A DNA stretch of 64,000 nt from Camelus ferus (GCF_009834535.1 NC_045696.1:11906001-11970000); one strand, 5' to 3'. Positions 1 through 12,460 are shown, numbered from the stretch's first letter. The notes: generated by a model from the letters alone, not told the origin. Made by a program: numbers and translations.

Positions 1-1322
1 AGAAGGTGTAGAGATTTCCCATCTACCCCTTGCCTCCACACGTGCATACCCTCCCCCTTCATCAACATTCACAACCAGAGTGGTAATATTTGTTGGAGTT
101 GGTGACCCTGCACTGACACATCATTATCCTCTAAAGCCCATAGTTTACATTGGGGTTCACTCTTGGTCTTGTACATTTTATGGGTTTTGACAAATTTATA
201 ATGACATGTATTTACCATTGTAATTATCATACAGTATAGTTTCGCTGCCCTAAAAATCCTCTGTGCTCCACCTGATTATCCAGCTCCCTCCCGCAAACTC
301 CTGGCCACCAACGATTCTTTTACTTTCTCCATAATGTCTCTTTTTCCAGAATGTCATCTAGTTGGAACCGTATGGAATGTAGCCTTCTCAGATTGGCTTC
401 TTTGATTTAGTGATGTGCATTTGAGGTTCCTCTATGTCATTTTGTGGCTTGATAGCTCATTTCTTTATAGCATTGAGTAATATTCCATTGTCTAAGGTAC
501 CACAGTTTATTTATCGATTCACCTACTTGGATAGGATATCTTGGTTGCTTCTTAGCTTTGGCAGTTATGTATGAAACTGTTATTGATATCTGAGTACAGG
601 CTTTTGTGCGAATGTTAAGTTTTCAACTCCTTTGGGTAAATACAAAGGAGTGTGGTTGCTGGGTTGTATGGTAAGAATACATTTAGTTTTGTAAGAAACC
701 ACCAAAATGGTGCATTCCCTGTAGCAACACATGAGCATTCCTGTTGCTCCACATCTTCGTCAGCATTTGGTGTTGTCAGTGTTCTGGATTTTGGCCATTC
801 AGATAGGTAGTGGTATCTCATTGTTTTAGTTTGCCTTTCTCTGCTTATTTACCATCTGCGTGTCTTCTTTGGTGAGGTGTCTATGAAGGTCTTTGATGAA
901 TTTTTTAACTGGGTTGTTTGTGTTCTTGTCATTGAGTTTTAAGAGTTCTTTGTGTATTTTAGATAACAGTCCTTTATCAGGTGTCTTCTAGCTTGTGACT
1001 TGTCTTCTCATTCCCTTCAGATTGTCTTTGCAGAGCAGAAGTTGTAAATTTTAATGAAGTCCAGCTTATCAATTATATCTTTCATGGATCATGCTTCTGA
1101 TGTTATATCTAAAAAGTCCTTGCCACATCCCAGGTCATCTAGGTTTTCTTCTACGTTATCTTTTATAGTTTTGTTTGTTAGTTTTCTGTTTTTACATTTT
1201 ACATGCAGGTCTATGATCCATGTTGAGTCTATTTTTATAAAGGGCCTAAAGTCTGTGTCTAGATTCTTCTTTTTACATGTGGATGTCCAGTTGTTCCAGC
1301 ACCATTTGTTGAAAAGACTATA
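1..1322 (-). mobile_element. Old LINE-1 (L1MC1-like) 3' UTR plus degenerate ORF2 C-terminus
   Basis: Begins with L1MC-type 3' UTR text (agagatttcccat...cctgcactgacacatcattatc). ORF 615..821 gives the ORF2 remnant MRYHY...LLCIYPKELKT. Ends at ccagcaccatttgttgaaaagact. Confidence 0.9.
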
Positions 1323-1684
1323 GTTCTAATTTTAAACAATTTTAATTCTTAAAAAGATACAGAAAACATATAGAAAATTTAAAAATTAGAAAATACTGGA
1401 AGAAACAAATACTAACTCCTAGATCAAACTGTTGTAATTTGATGTCGTCTTTTCCCCCTCTTTGTCTTGTGTTTATTTTATATAGAATGAATAAAAGATA
1501 AATTTAAATTCTAGCTTGACATTTCCCCCCATTTCATGGGAAAAATGGTTGTGTTACAAATGTCCTTAAGTACTTTGTAAACATCTGTTTTAACAAGTGT
1601 TTAACATTCCATGGAGTGGTGTACTGGGATTTACTTGAATCTTATTTACATGTATTGATTATGTCTCAGTTAGGGTTTGGTGAG

Positions 1685-2212
1685 TGTATTAGTCAGGGTT
1701 CTCCTGAGAAACAGAACAAACCAATAGAATATCTTTATCCATCTATCCATCTATCTACCTATCTACCCATCCATATGGGGGGAAGAGAGAGAGGAGGAAA
1801 GAGAAAGAAAGAAGAAAGAAAGAAAGAGTGGGAGAGAAACATTCAGGTTTATTATGGGAATTGGTTCCTGCAGTTGTGATTGCTGAGAAGTCCCATGATC
1901 TGCCCGCTACCTGCACACCAGAGACCAGGAAAGCCAGTCGTGTGGCTCAGTCTGAATCCGAAAGCCTGAGAACCAGGACTGCCAATGTCCTGGGGCAGAA
2001 GAAAATGAATGTCCCCGCCCAGAGAGAGAGAATTCATGCTCCCTCCACTTTTCTGTTCTCTTCGGTCCCTCAGTGAATTGGATGACACCCGCCCACTTTA
2101 GTGAAAGCTAATCTCATCTATAGACACCTCACGGACTCACCCAGAAATACTGTTTTACCAATTGTCTAGGCATCTTAGCTAGTCATGGAGACGCGTAAAG
2201 TGAAGCACCACA
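1685..2212 (-). mobile_element. MLT2-type (ERV-L) solo LTR
   Basis: Starts tgtattagtcagggttctcc and ends caccaca (TG...CA). Flanks are gtgag/gtggg, a 4/5 TSD match. Confidence 0.85.
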
Positions 2213-2217
2213 GTGGG

Positions 2218-2650
2218 AGGTGAGGAAGAGGGATTTCTCATGGGAAGTTGAGCCCAGGCCCTTGTGGGAGCCGGGAGAAGTCTGTGGAAGGCTCTTGTCT
2301 CTGCCTCTGGCTGCACATGTCGGGCCGAACAGCCGCAGGTTGGTGCTGGGAGAGCCAGGGCACACTGAAGCCCGAGTCTCTCCTCCCGCCTCCTGCCTCC
2401 ATGACTCGGGGTGACTTGCAGAGAACCGCTCTGCCTCTGCCTTTGGAGCTGCACACGAGTCTGGCTCAGGAGCTAAAGGGGCTGTGGCCCCCATGCGGCA
2501 CCGAATGGACTCACGACCCTGACCCCCACCCGCTTCTCCACTTGTGCTTCCAAATCCTGGGCCGGCTCCCCTCGTGGCCAATCCTAAACCAGTACCGCCC
2601 GGGAGAGGGGATTCTGGGAAATGTAGTTCCCGCTTCGCTACAATGACAGG
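2218..2650. mobile_element. Probable old ERV-L LTR relic (LTR16/LTR33-like)
   Basis: GC-rich block containing ggattctgggaaatgtagttcc, a motif typical of these LTRs. Boundaries uncertain. Confidence 0.4.
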
Positions 2651-2679
2651 GTGCAGACCCCCAGGGCTCATTTCACATT

Positions 2680-2930
2680 CTTATTCTATCGTGACTAAAT
2701 ACTGCAGAGGATGTCTTTATTTCCAAAACTTCCAAATTTTGGATCATGTCTTTAGAATAGATCCTCAGAAGAGGAAGCATTAGATCAAAGAGTCTAAACA
2801 TTGTAAAAAGTTTATATGTTGCCTATTTACTTTACACTAAAAAGATTTTACCAGTGACACCACCAGGGCAGAATATGAAAATTCTTATTTTGTTGCACTG
2901 TGGTTAGTACTAAGCACTGTATTCGTTCTC
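2680..2930 (-). mobile_element. Ancient L1ME-like relic, apparently continuing ~1540-1680 across the LTR insertions
   Basis: Degenerate antisense L1 text (tttagaatagatcctcagaagaggaagcattagatcaaag). Confidence 0.5.
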
Positions 2931-2991
2931 CTTTAACATCTTGAGGTTTTCATTTGAATTGTTGATGCCTGTCCTTTAAGGTGAAGGTTGT

Positions 2992-3042
2992 GTTTTGTTT
3001 TGTTTTGTTTTGTTTTGTTTTGTTTTGTTTTGTTTTGTTTTT
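2992..3042 (+). repeat. (GTTTT)~10 microsatellite
   Basis: Directly visible. Confidence 0.97.
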
Positions 3043-3377
3043 AATTAAGTTGGCTTGGCAGCAAGGAAACACTGGTAAAGTTTGTGAGCTTTGAACCTTG
3101 AGAGAATCACTTAATGGATATTATGAGTAACAGGTAAACCACCGTCTCCTATGGGGGAGTTGCTAATTGCAATAGCAATAAAATGAGGGCTAATCAGTTG
3201 TCACAGATACGGGAACAGGTATTAGCAATTGCTGTGAAAGTGAGAAGCTCCTTTGGTGCAAAGTTCTCTGTAGTCGCACTCAGTTTCTATAGAGTATTTT
3301 GGATTAGTTTTTGCTTGCAAAGATCCAATTATTTGCTTTCTCTTTTTAAAAGTAACTGCCCCCATATGATTACTTTT

Positions 3378-4327
3378 TTTTTTTAACATTTTTTATTGAT
3401 TTATAATCATTTTACAATGTTGTGTCAAATTCCAGTGTTCAGCACAATTTTTCAGTTATTCATGGACATATACACACTCATTGTCACATTTTTTTCTCTG
3501 AGTTATCATAACATTTTGTGTATATTTCCCGTGCTATACAGTGTAGTCTATTCTACAATTTTGAAATCCCAGTCTTTCCCTTCCCACCCTCCACCCCCCT
3601 GGTAACCACAAGTCTGTATTCTCTGTCTGTGAGTCTATTTCTGTCCTTTATTTACGCTTTGTTTTTGTTTGTTTGTTTGTTTTTGTTTTTTAGATTCCAC
3701 ATATGAGCGATCTCATATGGTATTTTTCTTTCTCTTTCTGGCTTACTTCACTTAGAATGACATTCTCCAGGAGCATCCATGTTGCTGCAAATGGCATTAT
3801 GTTGTCGGTTTTTATGGCTGAGTAGTATTCCATTGTATAAATATACCACCTCTTCTTTATCCAGTCACCTGTTGATGGACATTTAGGCTGTTTCCATGTT
3901 TTGGCTATTGTAAATAGTGCTGCTATGAACATTGGGGTGCAGGTGTCATCCTGAAGTAGATTTCCTTCTGGATACAAGCCCAGGAGTGGGATTCCTGGGT
4001 CATACGGTAAGTCTATTCCTAGTCTTTTGAGGAATCTCCACACTGTTTTCCATAGTGGCTGCACCAAACTGCATTCCCACCAGCAGTGTAGGAGGGTTCC
4101 CCTTTCTCCACAGCCTCTCCAGCATTTGTCATTTGTGGATTTTTGAATGACGGCCATTCTGACTGGTGTGAGGTGATACCTCATTGTAGTTTTGATTTGC
4201 ATTTCTCTGATAATTAGTGATATTGAGCATTTTTTCATGTGCTTTTTGATCATTTGTATGTCTTCCTTGGAGAATTGCTTGTTTAGGTCTTCTGCCCATT
4301 TTTGGATTGGATTGTTTATTTTTTTCT
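3378..4327 (-). mobile_element. Young 5'-truncated LINE-1 (~950 bp)
   Basis: Perfect TSD cccatatgattactttt at 3361-3377 and 4328-4344, poly(A) tail, ~310-bp 3' UTR and uninterrupted ORF2 C-terminus. Confidence 0.97.
3690..4325 (-). pseudogene. LINE-1 ORF2p C-terminal fragment (~210 aa, includes the CCHC motif)
   Basis: [22 protein letters not shown]...[18 protein letters not shown]...SLICGI*. The first ~40 aa of the ORF-track ORF come from flanking DNA. Confidence 0.95.
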
Positions 4328-5019
4328 CCCATATGATTACTTTTAATTTTAATTCGTGACCTCTAATCCTAAAGATATAACCTGTCATTTTTGCTTCTCT
4401 CAGTGCTTGTCTTTTCCTGTAGAGTATCTGTCCCGTTGACCGCAGGCTCAAGCCATTACAAACCTCTCTTAACTTTGCAGACGACTTTTCTTCCTAGCTA
4501 ATTTTCACTAGGGACTGGCATGAAAACCAAAACTTCATGAAAATCAAGGTGCAAAAAACACGTCGTCTATGACTCTTTGTAAAGCAGGATGTGTGGGCTC
4601 TCTGTGTTGTGGCTTTTGCCAAGATGGTTTCTCAAGGGATCTGAACAAGTGTCTGAATCAGATTATTAGACCAGATTCTACCGACTGCTGAGTTTTAAGT
4701 CCTATTTAGTGCTCCCTTTAAAGAATGGGACCACAGTTGTTTTTTCCTCCCCCCAAATCCCCCAATCAAGCAGTCAATCCACTGACCCAGTTTTAATATA
4801 AATCAAACTTCCGTTTTCATAAAGCATAAAATCTGAATATGTATGTTTTCTAACGCCAGCTAAAATGAGCTGAGATATGTCGACTTGTGATGGTGTGCTT
4901 AGTTCCACTGCAAACTGAATGATTCCGTGGAGTTCCCAGCCCGTGAAGGTAGCTGCTCATCTGGGGAGAGGAATGTGGTGTGGAGTTTCATCTCGACCCT
5001 GGCTGCCCAAAGCAGTCAA

Positions 5020-5170
5020 GAGTGGTCCCTGGGACCAGCATTGCACCTGTGTCATCTGGCAGCCTGTTAGAAATGCAGGATCTCAGGCCTCACCCAGGTG
5101 AACCAGAATCTGCATTTTCTGAAGATCCCTGGCTGCTTCTGGACCCAGTTCGGTCTGAGACGCTCTGTCC
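5020..5170. mobile_element. MER5-like hAT-Charlie DNA transposon relic
   Basis: tgttagaaatgcaggatctcaggcctcaccc...agaatctgcatttt. Confidence 0.75.
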
Positions 5171-5499
5171 TGGAGAAAGCTGTCTGTCCTGCTGTGAGCC
5201 CATTGCCGGCTACCTTTGCAGCCTCCCACTTTCCTTCTGGCAGGGCTTTGTTCCAGGAACACTCCGACATGTGGCGTGGCTTCTACTTTATTGATCTGTA
5301 TACTGATCAGGGCTGCTGAGATTTGTTAAAATTCTTGGAATTCCCTAGAAGCAGTCTCTTGGAGGGACTGACTGATTTCTCTATGAGTGAAGTCTGAGTG
5401 TGTCTCCTTTTTATCTGGGTCTGGGAGGGCCATGCAGGAGATTGTGGCTAGGGTAGGAGTTAGGAGGCTTGAGCTTGGATCTCTTTAAAAAAAAATTAT

Positions 5500-5570
5500 T
5501 ATATTGCTGTACACCTGAAACTAACAACATTGTAAATCAACTAGTACTTCAATGAAAAAATTAAAAACAT
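5500..5570 (+). mobile_element. Very short L1 3' tail
   Basis: gctgtacacctgaaactaacaacattgtaaatcaacta...cttcaat followed by an A-rich run. Confidence 0.75.
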
Positions 5571-6030
5571 TTATAGTAAATTGTGATAAAATACACAGGA
5601 CACAAAATTCATCATTTTAACCATTTCTAAGTGTACCGTTCAGTAGTGAGTACATTCACATTGCTGTGTAATCCATTTGTAGAATTATTTATATGTTGCA
5701 AAACTGAAACTGTACCCATTAAACAACAATTCCCCATTCTCCCCTCCCCCAGTCCCTGGCAACCACCAGTCTGTTTTCTGTTTCTATGGATTTAATAGAG
5801 TCTAGGTCCCTCATATAAGTGGAATCCTATAGTATTTGTCCTTTAGTGACTGGCTTCTTTCACTTAACATAATGTCTCGAGGTTCATCTTAGAGGGTTCC
5901 CTTCCTTTTTAAGGCTGAATAATACTCTCTTTTGTATATATGTCCCATTTTCATTAACCAGTCGTCCGTCCATGGATGCCTGGGTTGCTTCCATCTTCTG
6001 ACTGTTGTGAATAACGTTGCCGTGATTGAG
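5570..6030 (-). mobile_element. L1MB-like 3' end
   Basis: cattttaaccatttctaagtgtac...cctcatataagtggaatc...aaggctgaataatactc. Confidence 0.85.
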
Positions 6031-6304
6031 TTTGGACCTTAAGCTGCTACCAACTGGATATGAGATCTTAAATCACTAAATTTCTCTGTACCAGTTTCCA
6101 ATACTTTATTAATAAGAAACTCAAAGCAGATGCTTTCAAGCATTCTTTTAAGTTCTGGTTATAAGATACAAAATAAGATCAAATCTGTATCTATTAAAAA
6201 TTTATCTGTTTTCTGAAGATTTCCATGGTTTCTGCTAAGGATACCATTTACCTTTGAGCAGACTTAGTTTTTGAATATCCTTGACAGCAGAACTTACACA
6301 ACTT

Positions 6305-6645
6305 TTTCTTGGAGAACAGCTTTATTAAGATACAATTCACATACCATGTGGTTCACCATTTCAAGTGTACAAGCCAGTGATTTTTTTAGTATATTTTCAG
6401 GGTTGTGCAGTTATCACCACAATCAATTATAGAAGATATTTATCACCCCCAGAAGAAACCCTGTACCCAGCAGTCACTACCCCTTTCCCTCCAGATGTTG
6501 CCCTCACTCTACCCTAGACAGTCACTAATCTACTTTCTGCCTCTATAGATTTGCCTATTCTGGACATTTCATATAAATGGAATAAAAAATTTGTGGCCTT
6601 TTATGACTGGCTTCTTTCACTCAGCATAATCTTTGCGAAGTTTGC
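6305..6645 (-). mobile_element. L1MB-like 3' end
   Basis: cagctttattaagatacaattcacatacc...gatttgcctattctggacatttcatataaatggaat. Confidence 0.85.
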
Positions 6646-8067
6646 GTGTAACTTTCTAAGGTGTCAACTCATCTCACTGGTAAGGGATTTGTTTATCACC
6701 ATCTGATTGCTCCTATTGCCAAGGGCCAGATGTAGGGCTGGGACCCAGAGATACGGCGGTAAATACCAGACACATCCCCTGGCTCTAAAGAGCTATTGAT
6801 TTTGTGGGGAAGATGGGCATTGAGTGAATTTCTACATAGATATTAATCACAAAGTACTAATTTCTGTAATGGAGACACCTTGGTTGCTTTGAAAGTGTCT
6901 AACGAGCAGAAGATGAGGGAGCCCCCTCTGGCTTAATGCTCACATTTTCAGGATGGTTGCTGTCCACAGATCTCACAGTGGGATAGCCTCCAATCAGCGT
7001 CTATTAAGTGACTCTCTTGGCGATGATGATGTGGTAAAAAGTGAGACTCAGTTTGTGTCCTTGAGGAGCTCACCCTGTCATAGGACAGAGAGCCATCCAT
7101 ACTGATGGATGGTCCAGAGTCTGGACCATGGTGGTGGAGCATGGGTGGTTCTCTTTGAAGTATTCAAGGGAATCTTTAGGGAGTGACGACGATGCCTGAT
7201 TGGGATTTTGATAGGTGAGTAAAAGTCTTAGGAAGCCACCATGCACATGGAGGGAAAGCAGTTTCTGGGTTGAGGTCCCGAGCAAAAGTGCAAAGGTCTC
7301 AGTTTGTTCATGGGGATGGGGATTCAAGGAGGCTGCTGTGACCACGGTGGGAGGAGCGGCCACAGGAACCAGGTGGGGAGGGCAGGTTACTTCCAGGTTG
7401 TAAAGCATCTTAAAGCAAAGGTTGGAAGCTTTATCTTACAGACTTCAGATTTTCATCTTTTAAGTCCAAGCACCCCCATCCCTATGTGGGGCGGTCACTG
7501 CATTCCCCTCCTAACTGTGACTCACCAGGAGTGGAAGTGGAGGTGGTGTGTCCTCTCGAGGCCTTTCTAGAGGGCACTAGAATCTTCTGGAGGGAGCTGT
7601 CTCCTCTGAAGTGTCAGTGCTGAAGGCATCAGAACTTTTTTAATCAGTAAATGATCAGGCAGTTCGTTTAGATTCACTGGGACATAGGAACATAAGAAAT
7701 TCGGAGTTGGGCAAGAAGGGGTTGAATGGTGCTAGGAGCTGCAGGGTATAGTTTTTCTGGGTCCAAACTTGCAGGTGGAGCGGGCTGCTGTCATTATGGA
7801 TAGTGCTTGTCATGGCTGGTAGATGTGGGACCGTGGACAAGTCTATCGTGGCTTTAGGGCCTATTTCATCATACATCACCCACCTTGATATCTAGGATTC
7901 TACAAGGTGACCAAAAATATGGCATGTAAGGTCCAGCAATTACCATTTCCAGGCAATCTAACCATCACTGTGTGTGTGCGTGCGTGCGTTGTGTGCATGT
8001 GCATGCATGTTTTAATTTCAATACAGTTGATTTACAATATTATATTAGTTTCAGATATATACCATGT

Positions 8068-8199
8068 TGTATGTTTTTAAAACATTTTAAATTTAATTTT
8101 AATTTTTTTCACGCCTTTTTTTTCAGGAGTGGTGGTGGTGGTAATTAGGTTTCTTTTTTTTTTTTTAATTCACTCTTCTACTGAGCTATACCCTCTCCC
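8068..8199 (-). mobile_element. vic-1-type SINE, internally deleted
   Basis: Minus strand reads gggagagggtatagctcagtagaagagtg, then an A-run, then cctaattacc. TSD taccatgt at 8060-8067 and 8200-8207. Confidence 0.75.
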
Positions 8200-8819
8200 T
8201 ACCATGTCTGTTTTGATGCTTTATGACCCAAGACCATTTGTAGGTTTGTTCCTCTATTCATCCAGCATTACATTTAGCGTGTGCCCTCGCTCTAGTTCGT
8301 GTGCATTCAGAGACAGATGCATCCCCGACCCTGGAGTACCTAACATGGTAATCGGAGACATAGCCCAGGGTTACAGACTTAGAGTTCCAATGTCAGCAGG
8401 CCTCCCCAGCATGTGGGTTCCATGCTGTCGCATTGGCATTGATAATTAACATTGCCATCCTTGCTGCTCTCTGGGCCTGTGGAACTCTTATCACCAATAG
8501 CGTCTCTCATAACTTCTCTGGATTTTCAAAGGATGGCATCAGAGGTACCTGAGGCTGATCACAGTGGTCACAGCCACCAGGAGTAACCATCTTGTCCTTC
8601 CTCTCTTTCTGGGCCTCCGTCCGTCAGCCCCACTGCTCTCAGAAATGCTTAAAGGACTGTCTCACTCAAATCTTTATGATGAAAATAGCTCAGTCCTTGC
8701 CAGGAGGCACACTGCGTGCAGACATGCTGGAGAACAGCTCTCTGATCACTGAGATTTTGTAGTCTGAGAACTAAAATGTTGGATCCCCAAGACTGGCCAA
8801 GCCTTATGACACAGCTCCT

Positions 8820-9220
8820 TCAAGGTTTACCCTAAATAACCCTCCCCTACCCCATGATGTCCTCCCCATGATAGAGAACCAGTTACTGTATCACGGTACC
8901 CTGTTCATTATATAGTACGTGTCAGAATCTGAAATGATCTTGTTTATTTAGTAGTAACGATCTCTTCCCGCACTCTTACAAGTATTGACTCGCTGGATCC
9001 TGGCAACAGCCCCGTTGGGGTGAGGTTGGGGATTGAGCTTGTCTCGGGATTCCAGGAGAGGCAGTCTGGCTCCAGAGTCCAGCTCCTAGCCACTACGTGT
9101 GTGTTTCTTGTGTCTTTACCTATAAGAGTATCAGTTCTGTGGGGGTCATTTTTCTTGGTACCAAGAACATTGGTTCTTAGTAGGCTCTGGAGAGATGGTG
9201 AATGAATGAGTGAGTGATCA
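8820..9220 (+). mobile_element. LINE-2 3' relic, probably interrupted by a MIR fragment (~8990-9095)
   Basis: Ends with the L2-type tail gtaggctc...gaatgaatgagtgagtga. Confidence 0.5.
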
Positions 9221-9477
9221 GTGTGCAGTCAGGGAGATTTCCTTGAGGCAGCCAGGCCTGTGCTGATGAGTCCAGGAGCAGCCAGGCAAAGGTGGGTGCA
9301 GGTGGAGGTGCAGGACATCCCCGGCAGCAGTCACGGATGGTGTGAGCTCAGGCAGGAAGGGGCCATGTGCTTTGGGGTTGCTGGAGAGGGACTTGAGAGC
9401 CTAGGCTGGAGAAGTAGGTAGATGGGCATCTCTAAAGAGGACTTTAGAGATATTCATGTTGAATCGCCAGTGGAATC

Positions 9478-9642
9478 TTTCTAAGTGTGACCAGGAAGCC
9501 AGCTTTGTTAGAACATGAGGGTACTTGTTAAAAATACACCCTCTGTTGCATCAGAGACTAGGGTGGCGGCATGCATAGGGGTCTGTATTCTAATGCTCTT
9601 GCCCGGTAACGCTTATACACACAGATGTGTAGGGACCACTGC
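9478..9642. mobile_element. MER5-like relic
   Basis: cttgttaaaaatac...tcagagactagggtgg...gtctgtattctaa...gaccactgc. Confidence 0.55.
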
Positions 9643-9790
9643 TTTGAGAAACAAGACAACTGCTAATAATGTCTTAGCATTATTTTCATCTTTCAGCATT
9701 TCTTTGCAACTATCTCCCACCCCTACACCCAGTCTGAAATGAAGCTGTAAAGTAACATGCGTCTTTAGCATACTTTCCTTCTGGTCATCC

Positions 9791-10138
9791 TGTCTTAGTC
9801 AGCTCGGGCAGCTGTAACAAAAACATTGTAGCCTGGGTGGCTTCAACAACACGGCTGGGAAGTCCAAGGTTAAGGCACTGGTGGATTTGGTTTCTGGAGA
9901 GAGTCTTCTTCCTGGTTTGTAGAGGGACATCTTCTGCTGTATCCTCATATGAAAGAGAAATTCTCTTTCTTATATCTCTTCTTGTACGGCCACTAATCCC
10001 ACTCATGAGGGCTCCACCCTTATGACCTGATCACCTCCCCAAAGTCCCCCTCCCAATACCATCACACTGGAGACTAGGGCTTCAACACATGAGTTTGGGG
10101 TAGGGGGTGGGTGGAACACAGGCATTCAGTCCACAGCA
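9791..10138 (-). mobile_element. MLT1A-type (MaLR) solo LTR
   Basis: tgtcttagtcagctcgggc...catgagggctccacccttatgacct...cattcagtccacagca, with atcc on both flanks. Confidence 0.9.
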
Positions 10139-10188
10139 ATCCTTTGTGTGTTTACGTTCTCTTGTCTGTGGGGCTGGTGCTTGTACAC

Positions 10189-10758
10189 TGTACCAGTGTT
10201 CTAGGGCTGTTACAGTAAATCACCACCAACTTAGTGGCTTACAACAGAATTTCATTCCTTTTCATTTCTGGAAGCCAGAAGCCCAAAATCTAGGTGTTGG
10301 TAGGGCCATGGTTCTTCTGAAGGCTCCAGGGAAGGGTCCCCTTCTTAGCGTCTAGTGGCTCCTGGCAGTCTCTAGCATTGCTTGGCTTCTAGCTGCGTCA
10401 GCGAATCTCTGCCTCTGTCTTCACATGACCTTCTTCTCTTTATGTCTTCTCCTCTCCTGTTTTTAAATTGATGTATCGATTTACAATGTTGTGTTAGTTT
10501 CTGGTGTACAGGATTTTGATTCAGTTTTATATATATATTTTCTTTTTCATATTCTTTATCATTATAGGTTATTACAAGACCTTCTCTTCTTTCAGTGCCA
10601 CCAGTCACTGGATTTGGGGCTCATTCTCATCCACTGTGACCTCATCTTATCTTCATTACATCTGCAAAGACCCTATTTCTAAATAAGACCACATTCTGGA
10701 GTTACATGGACATAACCAGGTGGACATGAATTTTCAGGGACACCATTTAACTAACTAC
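10189..10758 (-). mobile_element. MLT1C-type solo LTR interrupted by an L1 tail
   Basis: tgtaccagtgttctagggctg...acatctgcaaagaccctatttctaaataag. Confidence 0.85.
10460..10580 (-). mobile_element. Short L1 3' tail nested in the MLT1C LTR
   Basis: gatttacaatgttgtgttagtttctggtgtacag...attataggttattacaaga. Confidence 0.85.
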
Positions 10759-11756
10759 TTAGAAGTTTGAGTTCTGAAGGCAATTCTACTTTGTCAAGCA
10801 AAGATTTGAGAAGTATAAACTTGGTCGAAAGCACCTCCACCAAATAATGGTAACAAGAACAAAACAGCAAGTCAGGCAGTCCTTTCAGTTCTAAATTGGT
10901 GCCTCATTTTGGACAATCTTGCATACTTTACTGAGAACCTATATTGAATTCATTTGTCTTCAGGGTCTTTAAGTTGACTTGCATACAGGATGCTGGAAAC
11001 ATCTTTCACAAATGTCCCTTAATAAGCCTCTCCAAAATAGTTTTTCACACTCAATTCCTGAAGATTTTGGGAGCCCATGTTCACTGGCATCCAGAGGGGG
11101 TGTCAGGAAAGTGGGAGGCTCTGGCCCCTGGGTCTGTCCTTGGGCACTGTGGCTGATGTCAGCAGTCCTGAACCATGCTTGCTGGCTTAAAGGAGTTTTG
11201 TTTTTCCTTTCAAATCCTGTTTTCTGTACCATGATATATTATTATGTGACAAAGGCAGGAGTAATGCTTGTGGCCCAGTCTAATCCTTTTACCATGTTCT
11301 CAGGTAGCTCAGCCTCTCCTGATAGATATTTCTCCTAAAGTCGCCCCTTTTGAAAATTGCATAGTAGTTCCTTATAAGGATGTAACAGTTTAACTCATTT
11401 CCTCTGGCTCAATATTTAGTTTTCCAGTTTTTGGTTTTCTTAATTGTGGGGCTTATGAACTTCCTTATATATAAACCTTTGCATCTCTTCTTATATCTTT
11501 AAAAATTTTAGATGCAGATTTACCAGGTCCAAGGGTGTGAACCTTAAATACGTCTAATGCATTTTATTGCTGAATTAGTGTCCTGAGAGAGTGTTTTCAA
11601 GTGTTGTCATATGGAACGTATGTAATTGTCTTCACAGTTCCCTTAGAAGCACTGAGGAGGTTTATCTGTTCACAAAGGGTCAAGGTCTTCGGGAAGGTGG
11701 CACTTAGCTCAAGGTGGGTCTTCTTTTCTTTGAATACATGCTTCAAATGGCCCGTC

Positions 11757-12145
11757 TGACCTATAGGATACTATGTTTAGCGAAATCAGTTAGAGAAAGG
11801 CAAGTTCTGTGTGCTATCACTGATATATGGAATTTGAAGAATAAAGGAATGAATAGAACGAAACAGAAACAGACTCACAGATATAGAGAGCAAGTGAGTG
11901 GGGAGAGCTCTGGGGGCGGGGTAAGATAGGGTTAGGGATTAAAAGGTCCAAACTACTATGTATAAAATAAATAAGATACAAGGGTATTTTGTACAGCACA
12001 GGGCATGCAGCCAATATTTTATAACTTTAAATGGAGTATAATCTATAAAAATATTGAATCACTATGTTGTACCTCTGAAACTGATATGATATTGGAAATC
12101 AACCATACTTTAATAAAAAAATTTAATCAGACAAAATAAAATAAA
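11757..12145 (+). mobile_element. L1 3' end (ORF2 terminus plus 3' UTR), cetartiodactyl type
   Basis: aaacagaaacagactcacagatatagag...gaatcactatgttgtacctctgaaact...aataaaaaa. Confidence 0.9.
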
Positions 12146-12299
12146 GCATCCCCCCCCCCCATTTTTATTCCTCCGTTGTTTAATGATGCATCACTTACTT
12201 CTTGGTCCTGGTGAACCTTTTCATCATTTTACTTTGCTTCCAATACATAGATTTCTTACGCATTCATGGACAGGTAACAGAATTAACAGTAATGATTCC

Positions 12300-12460
12300 A
12301 AGAATAATTCCCCATTGTTGAGTGCCATCCAGGTACTGGGTGCATTCATGAACGATCTCACTTAATCCTCATCGTGCAGAGGAGGACGGAGGAGGCCAGA
12401 GGTGTTTAGTGACTTGCTGGAGGCCTCAGACATGGTTGGGGCTGAGCTGGTTCCAGAGTG
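12300..12460 (-). mobile_element. MIR relic
   Basis: atctcacttaatcctca...gaggccagaggtgtttagtgacttgc. Confidence 0.6.

Noticed and set aside
2179..2671. Several overlapping 60-160 aa ORFs
   Set aside because: GC-rich LTR-like sequence lacks stops by composition, and there is no recognisable domain.
3690..4451. Longest ORF (253 aa) as a functional gene
   Set aside because: It is a promoterless, 5'-truncated L1 ORF2 fragment. The N-terminal extension comes from flanking DNA with a non-ATG start.
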